DNA of 28,287 nt, taken from positions 1 through 28,287 of IMG/VR virus record IMGVR_UViG_3300016666_000388; one strand, 5' to 3'. This document shows, piece by piece, positions 1-8,340 of this stretch. Origin of the DNA: a virus (taxonomy: Duplodnaviria; Caudoviricetes). The position numbers and the translations under genes are program-made. Within the stretch, counting starts at the first letter, position 1. Each line of letters opens with the position of its first letter. The notes beneath the pieces were generated by a model. It saw only the letters and a list, made by a program, of their open reading frames with translations, searched no databases and had not been told where the DNA came from.

Positions 1-584
1 ACACGACGTGCATAATATACACGCTCTGTATGTGGAGTTGCAGATGATGTTGGAGCTTGTCCAACAGCAATTAGTTGACGTTCGGTTGGAGCTGCGCCAA
101 GTGCGCCTGCCTCAATACCTAAAACATCTTCGTCTCCCTCGGTTAATGTTGATTTGCCTTGTCCGAATACAATTAGAATATTTTCTAATGTTCCTTCTGA
201 CATTTCTGTTGCAATCATAACTTCCATAGCTGACTTGAAAATCTTTGCAGAGTCAAGTAACTGATCTACTGTTACGTTATCATATGTAGGGTTATATGTG
301 ATCTGAAGACCATTATTTGTATAACCTACGTTACGATAAGCAGCACCCTTATTTGAATCTGGATCTGTTGCAGCTGTTGTTGTATCTACTGCATTTAGTG
401 TGCTAATATATGATTCAGCATCATCAAATGCTGGTACTGAACGATTTTTATTAGCAACAAATGCATTCAAAACTCCAGCTTCCATGCTGGTATCGTATCC
501 AGATACTGTTGAATCTTCAACAGACAAGAATAGTGGTGATGCACCAACAAGAATATTGGATGCATTTCCTACATTTTGTGCCAT
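1..584 (-). CDS. Major tail (tube) protein, 3' end runs off the window; not in the ORF track
   Basis: ATG at 584 preceded by AAGGAGG. Hand translation gives MAQNVGNASNILVGASPLFLSV...YRNVGYTNNGLQITYNPTYDNVTVDQLLDSAKIFKSAMEVMIATEMSEGTLENILIVFGQ. The GYT..GL.ITY.P...V.VDQ pattern resembles siphovirus tail tube proteins, and the gene follows the head-tail genes. Confidence 0.8.
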   Translation of the reverse strand, partial: MAQNVGNASNILVGASPLFLSVEDSTVSGYDTSMEAGVLNAFVANKNRSVPAFDDAESYISTLNAVDTTTAATDPDSNKGAAYRNVGYTNNGLQITYNPTYDNVTVDQLLDSAKIFKSAMEVMIATEMSEGTLENILIVFGQGKSTLTEGDEDVLGIEAGALGAAPTERQLIAVGQAPTSSATPHTERVYYARR

Positions 585-658
585 TTATTTTCCTCCTTAT
601 TGAAAAAATATTGCAATATTAAAATCTATAAGCTGGCTAGGCTCTTCCCTCGTATCCA

Positions 659-687
659 ATTTTAGTGGATTAAGAACGTTAAAGCAA
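659..687 (-). promoter_or_regulatory. Sigma70/SigA-type promoter for the major tail gene
   Basis: Minus strand TTGCTT (687-682), 17-nt spacer, TAAAAT (664-659), in the intergenic gap. Confidence 0.55.
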
Positions 688-688
688 A

Positions 689-1198
689 CTAAGCAAATCT
701 ACCTATAGAATCTGTAATTCTTGAATATTTGACCTCAAGAACTATATCTGTAGCATAAAAGCCTTTAATGTCTTCTGAAGGGGCTGTGGGGGATATATCT
801 GATACATATATGGTATGAAATTTAAATTGATCTGAAATACCTTCAAAATAATTGACATCTCTTGCCGATTCATCCATACGTCTGAATAAGTCTATAAATA
901 CATTTCGAATTTCTGTAATATCTTTGATATCTGTTGCATATATTGTAAATAGCATTTGCTCATTACATATAAGCCAGTTGGTGTCGTAAGTCATTCCGAT
1001 CTTGTCATAAACTATATGTTTTTTACCGCTCAAAAATTGATTCATTTCTGGAGATTGCTGAACAGGAATAACTGGAATAATTGCTCTACCTAAATTATCT
1101 GAATAGTAATCATTCTCATCAAATATTTCAAGATTAACTAATACATCCCATATATATTTTCTAAGTTCAAATATGGCATCTAATTTATAATTTGTCAT
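689..1198 (-). CDS. Putative tail terminator / tail completion protein
   Basis: 169 aa, directly upstream of the tail tube gene, with ATGA overlap with the previous gene. Function assigned mainly by synteny. Confidence 0.55.
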   Translation of the reverse strand: MTNYKLDAIFELRKYIWDVLVNLEIFDENDYYSDNLGRAIIPVIPVQQSPEMNQFLSGKKHIVYDKIGMTYDTNWLICNEQMLFTIYATDIKDITEIRNVFIDLFRRMDESARDVNYFEGISDQFKFHTIYVSDISPTAPSEDIKGFYATDIVLEVKYSRITDSIGRFA

Positions 1199-1977
1199 AA
1201 TAATGCACCACCAAATTCTTTTGTTAGAGCAATAGATGCTTCGTTTTTGAGTGCGGCTGGCGAGAAAGAATATCTAAATTTTTTTACTTCATTTGGAGAT
1301 ACTAATGCTCGTTTTAGTGAACCTTGAAATGCATCAAAAAATCCAGATCTCTTTATAGACTCATTTACTAAATTACCTGTAAACCATCTCTTGTATTCTG
1401 TTGCAAAAGACCTTCTTACACCTTTACCGCCAGGGAATTTTACAGTTACCGATCTGCCAATTGGCATAAAGACTGTTCCTTCCCGTCCTTCAAATACAAG
1501 TCTTTTAGCATTCTTAGGAGAAATGATAACTGGTTCTCCCGATTCCATTACAGAAGCTTTATTTGCAAAAACATATTTTCTAGTTTTGGTATTAGGAACA
1601 GCAGATTTAGATTTTGTAAATTCTGGATTAATTCTAAAAGAAATACCTGGAGACTCCAATTGTTTTAATTTAAATAAACGTCCTTGTGGATTTCCTACAT
1701 TTTTCCATTCATAAACATGATGTAAATATTTTGGTTTTGATCTTGCCTGTGCATCTATGTAATTTCCAAAATCTTTTTCTATTTGTTTGAATACAGTTTT
1801 TTTAAACTTTTCTTTAAATGCTTTATTGTTTTCTAATTGTGCTATTACTTCCGCTTTATAATACAGAATAGCTGATATTTGAGCAACAGTAGTGTCCTTA
1901 ATCATTTTTCCAGGTTTGTTTGACATCAGATTGGTTAATCCGCTGGCGGCTTGTAGTAGCATAGTGTTAGATGCCAA
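1195..1977 (-). CDS. Putative neck / tail-completion morphogenesis protein
   Basis: 260 aa basic protein between the head-closure and terminator genes, overlapping both neighbours. Function by synteny only. Confidence 0.5.
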   Translation of the reverse strand: MASNTMLLQAASGLTNLMSNKPGKMIKDTTVAQISAILYYKAEVIAQLENNKAFKEKFKKTVFKQIEKDFGNYIDAQARSKPKYLHHVYEWKNVGNPQGRLFKLKQLESPGISFRINPEFTKSKSAVPNTKTRKYVFANKASVMESGEPVIISPKNAKRLVFEGREGTVFMPIGRSVTVKFPGGKGVRRSFATEYKRWFTGNLVNESIKRSGFFDAFQGSLKRALVSPNEVKKFRYSFSPAALKNEASIALTKEFGGALL

Positions 1978-2392
1978 TTTGCTGATTCTCCGATCTCTTT
2001 GCTGTAGTGTTATAACCCAGTATAGTTCCGAACGGATCGGTCACGGGAGTAACCCCAACTATTTCAAATACTGTTGGAGTTTCTGTAGGATAATCTAATT
2101 CAGTCCAAATATAGTGACCATTTTTATTTCTTATATTAGTTATCTTATGTCTTAAATTAATTTTTTTAGATGTTCTAATTTGAATGTGCTGATCTTGTCT
2201 ATATCTATTATCCAAAATTTGTCGATCATTACTACGTGTAGATGTAGAATTACTTACAATGCCTTTTGCCGAACAATCTAATGTTTCATAAAATTGCCAG
2301 TCTTTTATAATAGCACCAGTGTCTGGGTCTTGTTCATCTGTCTGAACATAAAGGTCTAATTTAAATTGAAATAATGAATCTACTAATTCCAT
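1967..2392 (-). CDS. Putative head-closure (stopper) protein
   Basis: 141 aa with QDPDTGAIIKDW and a beta-rich FEIVGVTPVTDPFG C-terminus. SPP1 gp16-like size and position; TAATG coupling. Confidence 0.6.
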   Translation of the reverse strand: MELVDSLFQFKLDLYVQTDEQDPDTGAIIKDWQFYETLDCSAKGIVSNSTSTRSNDRQILDNRYRQDQHIQIRTSKKINLRHKITNIRNKNGHYIWTELDYPTETPTVFEIVGVTPVTDPFGTILGYNTTAKRSENQQIGI

Positions 2393-3381
2393 TAGAAGAC
2401 CACCATTCCATTGATGACGTATGGAGCAAGAAGCTGATCTGCATATAAATTGCCAGTTCCTCTGTGAGCATCTTCCATATAGTCAAACTTCATATCAAAT
2501 GATGATATAGATTTAACATATTTATTACGCCAAGTAGTATCTTTTTCAAAAAACTGTTGTATTAATATGATGCAAGCTTCTTCTACGTTATCTGGAACGG
2601 ATGACCAACCAAATCGACCTTGCACTGTGTAACGATAATCTTTTTTAAATGCATGGTTTGGACCAATGTCATTTATTGATGGTGGAACTAAACCATTTGA
2701 TGTATAAACCATATTGTCTGTTAAACTTTGTTTGCTTACACGAATTCCAAATCCCGACTCTGATATTAATGGATCGTATAACCAATTATTTTGTTCATTA
2801 ATTTTATCAACAAGCAATACATCATTTTCATATAATTCATGCAATTCATGAATTCTAAATGGTAATGGAAGAATGTCTGATCCATAGCCATACACTATTT
2901 GACTATCATCATATAGATAGAAAAACTGTGCAGTATAAACTTCAATTAATTTTCTTGCATACTTTTCCGCCATTTGCACTTCATGATAAGTTTTATAATT
3001 TGGATCGGACGGATCTGTACCTAAATTTAAATCTTCCCAAACATCAGATAAATTTGCATAGGGAGTTACAACATCAGTATAATATATATGAGATGCAGGA
3101 TTTCCATCTATAACATAGTTCCATTGAATTTTAAATTTTCTATTTCTGCGGCAAAATTCAAAAGGAATAATTATCTGATAAGTTCCCTCATCGGTTTCAA
3201 CCTTTGTTGCTTCTAAAACTAAAATAGAAACAGAAGGATCAATTGTAGGATTCAATGTGTTATCTTCAGTTATATCATATATAACTGCAGTAACCTCATC
3301 ATTATCTACATTTGTAATTTCTCCGTTCCAAAATATTTTGGTTTTAATCGGAGATGTTTGATCCTTATATATTTCTGCCAT
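2392..3381 (-). CDS. Head-tail adaptor (connector) protein with N-terminal beta-sandwich extension
   Basis: C-terminal YTVQGRFGWSSVPDNVEEACIILIQQFF matches the gp6/gp15-type adaptor pattern, and the gene lies downstream of the capsid gene. Confidence 0.65.
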   Translation of the reverse strand: MAEIYKDQTSPIKTKIFWNGEITNVDNDEVTAVIYDITEDNTLNPTIDPSVSILVLEATKVETDEGTYQIIIPFEFCRRNRKFKIQWNYVIDGNPASHIYYTDVVTPYANLSDVWEDLNLGTDPSDPNYKTYHEVQMAEKYARKLIEVYTAQFFYLYDDSQIVYGYGSDILPLPFRIHELHELYENDVLLVDKINEQNNWLYDPLISESGFGIRVSKQSLTDNMVYTSNGLVPPSINDIGPNHAFKKDYRYTVQGRFGWSSVPDNVEEACIILIQQFFEKDTTWRNKYVKSISSFDMKFDYMEDAHRGTGNLYADQLLAPYVINGMVVF

Positions 3382-3395
3382 CTGTTAGAATCAGA

Positions 3396-3791
3396 TTAGC
3401 TATAGAAGTCTTGAACCTCTTTAGGGGTAGCTATTCTGAAACCTTCCTCCTTATCAAAAATTGCCTGAGCCTTATCCTTATTCATTGCAACAAATGGATG
3501 TTCCTTTGTAAAAGTAAAACCCTGAATATCATATCTAAAGTTTTGTCTAGTCATTCTGACAAGGACTTGATCTTCTTCTATTTTTTTGTTTTTGTCAAAC
3601 TTTGGAAGTACTTCTACTTCTTCTTGTGAATCTTCTATATCTTTTTGAGACTTACTATACAAGTCCCAAGTTACGCCTTCTTCCGCCATTGCTGCAATAA
3701 TATTTGCCTTACCTTTAAGGCCTTCTGTATCTACACCATAATCATCTGCAATTTGTTTTAACTCAGATATTTTTAATGTCTCAAATGACAT
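3396..3791 (-). CDS. Small protein with N-terminal HeH/SAP/Rho-N-like helical motif
   Basis: FETLKISELKQIADDYGVDTEGLKGKANIIAAM; AAGGAG SD upstream. Confidence 0.6.
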   Translation of the reverse strand: MSFETLKISELKQIADDYGVDTEGLKGKANIIAAMAEEGVTWDLYSKSQKDIEDSQEEVEVLPKFDKNKKIEEDQVLVRMTRQNFRYDIQGFTFTKEHPFVAMNKDKAQAIFDKEEGFRIATPKEVQDFYS

Positions 3792-3815
3792 ATTTTCTCC
3801 TTTTATTGGTATTTA

Positions 3816-3824
3816 ATTATAGCA
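3816..3824 (-). promoter_or_regulatory. Extended -10 promoter (TGCTATAAT)
   Basis: TGnTATAAT directly after the capsid terminator and upstream of the SD of the gene starting at 3791. Confidence 0.6.
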
Positions 3825-3834
3825 TTAGTCAATT

Positions 3835-3867
3835 AAAATGAAAAGCCCCCCGAAATTAATCGGGGGG
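3835..3867 (-). terminator. Rho-independent terminator after the major capsid gene
   Basis: CCCCCCGA-TTAATT-TCGGGGGG 8-bp stem followed by CTTTTCATTTT on the minus strand. Confidence 0.8.
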
Positions 3868-3900
3868 ACAAATCTATTTGCAGGATAATTCCTAATTAAA

Positions 3901-4941
3901 TTAAGAAGCTACCTTAACGTTCTTTACAACTACCCAAGCATCTGCTTGCTCGATCTGTGTACCAACACGGGTATACATTGTATACTCAATGCTGTCCTTA
4001 CGAGGCCAGAAGAATCGGTAAACAGTTACATCACGCTTGATACCAATAACTACGTTATTTGGGAATGTCAAGTGTAAATCACCGTGATTACCAGTTGCGC
4101 CATCATAATCGCCATCCTGTGTTTCAGGTAGAAGTGGAACTTCTACGATTGGAATACCGAATGCGAATGGTGATACGAATCCTGCTGGACCACCTAGCTG
4201 TGGCTGATCGCCACGGATGATTGCTGATGCAATATCCTGTGGGTTAGCAAAGTTTGTAGAATTTGATGTGTTGTATAGATAATCCTGGATCAAGTTTGAA
4301 CCTGAAAGGAAACGAAGATCCTGACGACGCTGCTTGTACTTACGTGGAAGTGCCTTCAGTGCAGAATTAAATACTGCACGAGAAATTGCAGCTCCTTCTG
4401 CATCTACAACGTGGCCATTAGCCTTTGCTCTCTTTACTACACCATCAAATGCTGACATCAAACCTGATGCAGCTGAATCTCCATTAAGGACTACGTCCTC
4501 AATATCATTACCTGCCTGTGTTGCCATCAAACGTGCAATATGATCTTCAAGATCTGCACCTTCAATATTGTCTTCTAGAGACTCTGTTGAAATTTCCCAA
4601 TCTAGACGAAGCTTACGAGTTGTAAGATTAATCTTTGAGAAAGTAACAGCTGCGTTAGAGCCTGTATCCTGAGCTTCGGAAGCAACAGTCATAAGTCTCT
4701 CACCAACTCCGATGCGGTCGATCTCTGTAGTATCAGCCTTCATACGGACGGTACGTGCTACCTTGCCGATGACTGTAGCATCAAACATGTAGTCTAGAAA
4801 ACGTGCTGACTGCTCAGGGTTTAGTAAACCACCCTTTGAAGTTGCACCAACGTGAATGCCAGAACCTGAGAGGGATCCTGAAAAATCACCAGTATCTACA
4901 GCACCTGCTGCGATTGCTTTTTCTAATGTTTCATTACTCAT
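3901..4941 (-). CDS. Major capsid protein (HK97 fold)
   Basis: 346 aa with GGLLNPEQSARFLDYM and KLRLDWEISTESLEDNIEG...IEDVVLNGD motifs. It follows the protease/scaffold gene, has an AGGTG SD and is followed by a terminator. Confidence 0.9.
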   Translation of the reverse strand: MSNETLEKAIAAGAVDTGDFSGSLSGSGIHVGATSKGGLLNPEQSARFLDYMFDATVIGKVARTVRMKADTTEIDRIGVGERLMTVASEAQDTGSNAAVTFSKINLTTRKLRLDWEISTESLEDNIEGADLEDHIARLMATQAGNDIEDVVLNGDSAASGLMSAFDGVVKRAKANGHVVDAEGAAISRAVFNSALKALPRKYKQRRQDLRFLSGSNLIQDYLYNTSNSTNFANPQDIASAIIRGDQPQLGGPAGFVSPFAFGIPIVEVPLLPETQDGDYDGATGNHGDLHLTFPNNVVIGIKRDVTVYRFFWPRKDSIEYTMYTRVGTQIEQADAWVVVKNVKVAS

Positions 4942-4963
4942 TTATTTTTTTCACCTACCTTTA

Positions 4964-5530
4964 TTAGTTAAAAAGTTCATCAACGGAACCGAGGAAAGAA
5001 CCGTTCCATTTTGATTTTTTGATTGTTACTTCCTGAGACCCGCCAAGGTCTGAGGACTTCTTAATTGCAGTATCTGCCTCTACTGCATCTACACGCTTTT
5101 CAACACTATTAATTGTATTGCGGATATCTGTAACCGCATTGCTTAGTGCTTCGTGCTGCGCTGTCAATTCTGAAATTCGAGTTTCAACACTCTTGCTGAA
5201 AGTCTCTACTGTATCCTTAATAGCTGATACCTGTGCCGCATTTGCTTCTGTTGCCTTGTTTAATGTCTCTGAGAAAAATCCCTTAAGATCAACAAGAGCT
5301 TTTGCAAAATCTGGTTCAATTGTCTCTACCTCTGATACATCGGCTGCTTTTTCCAGAACTTCGGCTGAAGCATCTTCAACTGCTTCTGCAGCTGGAGCGT
5401 CTACTGTCTCTTCAACAGCTTCTACAGTTTCTACAACATCTGGTGTTGCTTCTACTGCTTTTTCTGTTTCACTAGTTTCTACAGGTGCTGATGTTTCTTC
5501 AACTGCCTGTGGAGCTCTTAGTTTTTCCAC
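4964..5530 (-). CDS. Nested in-frame scaffolding protein (about 188 aa) from an internal GTG
   Basis: AAGGAGGT at 5544-5537, 6 nt upstream of an in-frame GTG at 5530, at the protease/scaffold boundary. Confidence 0.6.
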   Translation of the reverse strand: MEKLRAPQAVEETSAPVETSETEKAVEATPDVVETVEAVEETVDAPAAEAVEDASAEVLEKAADVSEVETIEPDFAKALVDLKGFFSETLNKATEANAAQVSAIKDTVETFSKSVETRISELTAQHEALSNAVTDIRNTINSVEKRVDAVEADTAIKKSSDLGGSQEVTIKKSKWNGSFLGSVDELFN

Positions 5531-6304
5531 TTCATTACCTCCTTCTGCAATTGCCTGTGTATCAGGCAATGACAATCTTGACTTCTTAAATGAATCAAGA
5601 ATTCTATCTATTTCTTTTGCTTTATTTGTGTCTGCCTGCTCAACCCAACCAATAAGAGTTGCTGGCTTTCCTGTAATTGGTGAGATATAATTTTTTTCTG
5701 TTGACATAAATACAGATTCACTATCCTCACAATAAAAAATATTTTCTGTTTTAATTTCTGCTGCCATTCCTTTAAATACTAATTGTCCATTAGCTTTTGA
5801 AATTGAAAGAATGTTACAAAGTTCATTTGCTGGAGAATCTACTATTGAAAGTTCTACGAGATCATACGCTTTGATAAATCTTACAGAAGTTCCATCTGCT
5901 TTGTTTACTTCATTATCTGATTCTGTAATTTTTCCGCCGATTGAAAATCCAGATAAAGTTCCATCTAATACTTTTTCCCAGGTATCTTGTGCACCTTTTG
6001 ATATGTATGTTTCAACATAAACGCCATTATAAAATTTTTGTGTTGTTTTATCATAATATGTTTCAGGTCTAAATGAAATAAGTTTTCCCACCGCCACAGG
6101 CATGTGCATTTCACGAATATTTCCACGGAAATTTTCAAATGCTTTTAATGAAGCATCTGAAGTTACAACATCTCCAGTTTGATCAACATTATCTAGGGTT
6201 GCAAATCCAGAGACGGTTCTGCGTTCACGGTTGACTTTTGTGAACGGTACTGATAAATTAACAGTATCGCCATGGGAGACCCAGTGTGATTTTTCTATAT
6301 TCAT
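4964..6304 (-). CDS. Prohead maturation protease fused to an acidic/coiled-coil scaffold domain
   Basis: HK97-type protease motifs VSGFATLDNVDQTGD, REMH, LSGFSIGG and LVELSIVDSPAN, with a Glu/Ala-rich helical C-half. Start moved to ATG 6304 because the track's TTG at 6340 coincides with a -35 hexamer. Confidence 0.85.
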   Translation of the reverse strand: MNIEKSHWVSHGDTVNLSVPFTKVNRERRTVSGFATLDNVDQTGDVVTSDASLKAFENFRGNIREMHMPVAVGKLISFRPETYYDKTTQKFYNGVYVETYISKGAQDTWEKVLDGTLSGFSIGGKITESDNEVNKADGTSVRFIKAYDLVELSIVDSPANELCNILSISKANGQLVFKGMAAEIKTENIFYCEDSESVFMSTEKNYISPITGKPATLIGWVEQADTNKAKEIDRILDSFKKSRLSLPDTQAIAEGGNEVEKLRAPQAVEETSAPVETSETEKAVEATPDVVETVEAVEETVDAPAAEAVEDASAEVLEKAADVSEVETIEPDFAKALVDLKGFFSETLNKATEANAAQVSAIKDTVETFSKSVETRISELTAQHEALSNAVTDIRNTINSVEKRVDAVEADTAIKKSSDLGGSQEVTIKKSKWNGSFLGSVDELFN

Positions 6305-6311
6305 ATGCTTA

Positions 6312-6340
6312 ATTTTATTACCATAAAAATAAAAAGGCAA
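6312..6340 (-). promoter_or_regulatory. Promoter for the protease-capsid unit, probably giving a leaderless mRNA
   Basis: TTGCCT (6340-6335), 17-nt spacer, TAAAAT (6317-6312), 7 nt, then ATG 6304; no SD present. Confidence 0.6.
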
Positions 6341-6358
6341 ATAATGGTTGAGTAATAA

Positions 6359-7945
6359 TTATGCTGTTACTCTACCCTCTCCCTGTGGATTCCTGGCCTC
6401 TCCTGAAATATCTGGAGAATTTGCGTCTCTTTCTTGAGTTCTTCTACGGGAATTTGATGCCTGAGCATTTTGTTCTGCTGCCTGTTGTGGCTTTAATTGA
6501 ACTACTTCATCTCCCCCATCAATTGGAGCTTTGCCCATTCTTAAACGAACCTCATTTGGGGTAATAACCTGCATACGTAAATATCTTTCATCAATTTTAG
6601 ATTGAGTATCTTCGTCTGTCAGTGTTAATTCATTAAATTTAAGAATTAATAAATCTGTCATTTCTGAAATAATTCTATTTAATTTCTTTTCTAAAATATC
6701 TTGTGCTGGGCGGCAAACCTGCTCTTTAAATGTTTTATCTGAATCACGAGCTGCACCTAAATTAACACCTTCTGGGATACCAATTTTAGAAATTGGAGTT
6801 CTATGAGTTAATAGAATTTCATCTCTATTCATTTTACGATAAGTATTAAATGAAGCATCTTGAGCATCTGCCTCAACTGGCTCCATTTTAAATTCAACTT
6901 TTTGATCTGGAGAATCTGCTGGTAATGGTATGTATAGAGAACGGTGATTCTTGCCCTTTAAACCTACCTGGAAGAACTCTAGAAGCTTTTGTTCTGCCAC
7001 TGGAGACAACTTTGCACCCTTGACCGTAATAACGTATCTAGGGACCGCTTTATTCTCAAAATAATCTAAATTATATTTACCTGCAAATTCATTTCCAGCC
7101 ATAGCATTTTGTGCTGCAACAATATCTGGAATTCCATAATAATTATTCATTGGTGTATATTTCTTAAAATGAACAATTTCATTTGGTCTATCTAATCCGC
7201 CAGCTATTGGATTTGGAGTTTCTTGATCTCCATAATTGCGGAAAAATACAACCTTGCCATAAAGTAATTGAATAAATCCATCACGTAAACGGCGCACACG
7301 CATAGTTTTAGATGGAATATGTCCAATATATCCAATCTTTCCTGCAGTTGTTCTACCAATTTCTAAATAACCATTTCCTGTTGCTTCTAAATCAGTATAT
7401 ACTTTTTTTAAAGTTTCGATAAACGTTTCTTCTTCGTTGCAATCTTCTAGCCATTGCTCAAGATCATCACGAACTCTATCCATTTTCCTGCGGGCAAAAT
7501 TTAATTTCTTTGGATCATCAACTGCTTCCATTGCAATTTTTGTTTTTCTAGATTCAACAAATTGATACCCAAGTCCGACTATATTTTCCACTTTTGCATT
7601 AATTGCTGCATAATTAAATGGAGAAATTTCATATATACGTGCAAGATATTCTAAATTATAATTAGGTTGAATAAGATCAAACATTGCATAACCTGTAATT
7701 GCTTGTGCAAGAAGATTTTGTTGTGTTTGAGCTCCATCAATGCCCTGAAAAGCCTTAGTAAAATCTCTACCCATTTTACGACGAAATGCTGGGCTTAATC
7801 CATTAACTTTTTTTAATTCGTCACCTGTAATTTTAAATGGATCATTTTCTTTTGTGGCTTCTGGATTATTATATTTTACCCAATCCGCAAATGTAGATAC
7901 ATTTACATCATTACCATTTTCTAAATCATCTGGTATGAATTCCAT
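6359..7945 (-). CDS. Portal protein
   Basis: 528 aa with DLEATGNGYLEI, EIVHFKKYTPMNNYYGIPDI, YFENKAVP and ITPNEVR motifs typical of PBSX/HK97-like portals. Confidence 0.9.
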   Translation of the reverse strand: MEFIPDDLENGNDVNVSTFADWVKYNNPEATKENDPFKITGDELKKVNGLSPAFRRKMGRDFTKAFQGIDGAQTQQNLLAQAITGYAMFDLIQPNYNLEYLARIYEISPFNYAAINAKVENIVGLGYQFVESRKTKIAMEAVDDPKKLNFARRKMDRVRDDLEQWLEDCNEEETFIETLKKVYTDLEATGNGYLEIGRTTAGKIGYIGHIPSKTMRVRRLRDGFIQLLYGKVVFFRNYGDQETPNPIAGGLDRPNEIVHFKKYTPMNNYYGIPDIVAAQNAMAGNEFAGKYNLDYFENKAVPRYVITVKGAKLSPVAEQKLLEFFQVGLKGKNHRSLYIPLPADSPDQKVEFKMEPVEADAQDASFNTYRKMNRDEILLTHRTPISKIGIPEGVNLGAARDSDKTFKEQVCRPAQDILEKKLNRIISEMTDLLILKFNELTLTDEDTQSKIDERYLRMQVITPNEVRLRMGKAPIDGGDEVVQLKPQQAAEQNAQASNSRRRTQERDANSPDISGEARNPQGEGRVTA

Positions 7946-8279
7946 TCACGCCACCCGCTTTCTTAACTTCTTCTTTATATACGCCAATATCCAGTGGATC
8001 TGGAACTAGGCCCCATTCTAATCTTTGTTGCTGATAATGATATTCTTCATCATCAATTTTTCTTCTTCCTGATAAAAACTTAGGTCTTCCTACATCTATG
8101 CCAAAAGATCTTACTTCCCTAGCAAGAGCATCTATCTTTGCCCTATTACCTTTCATGGCTGTGACAGAAAGAAAATTTCCATCATCATCACCTATCCACC
8201 TACCGTCTGGCATTTCCCAGACGTATATTCCCAGCGTCGTTTCTTCTTCGACTGTATATTTCATATTAGAAAGATCCAT
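7926..8279 (-). CDS. Hypothetical protein
   Basis: 117 aa ORF overlapping the portal start, with a promoter-like element directly upstream. Confidence 0.65.
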   Translation of the reverse strand: MDLSNMKYTVEEETTLGIYVWEMPDGRWIGDDDGNFLSVTAMKGNRAKIDALAREVRSFGIDVGRPKFLSGRRKIDDEEYHYQQQRLEWGLVPDPLDIGVYKEEVKKAGGVNGIHTR

Positions 8280-8287
8280 AGATGTTT

Positions 8288-8340
8288 ATTTTACCATTCT
8301 TTATAGTCAAAGTCCAGATTTTGTCAACACTTGTGACAAA
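8288..8340 (-). promoter_or_regulatory. Tandem promoter-like elements with an inverted repeat over the -35
   Basis: TTGACA (8327-8322), 16-nt spacer, TATAAA (8305-8300). A second element, TGGTAAAAT (8296-8288), lies 8 nt before the ATG. Inverted repeat TTTGTCA-N7-TGACAAA at 8320-8340. Confidence 0.5.

Noticed and set aside
6305-6340. Track start of the protease at 6340, and similarly 10782, 14441 and 28215
   Set aside because: 6340 is a TTG within a -35 hexamer. 10746 and 14417 give typical short stop/start overlaps. The nrdJ frame continues past 28215 to the window edge.
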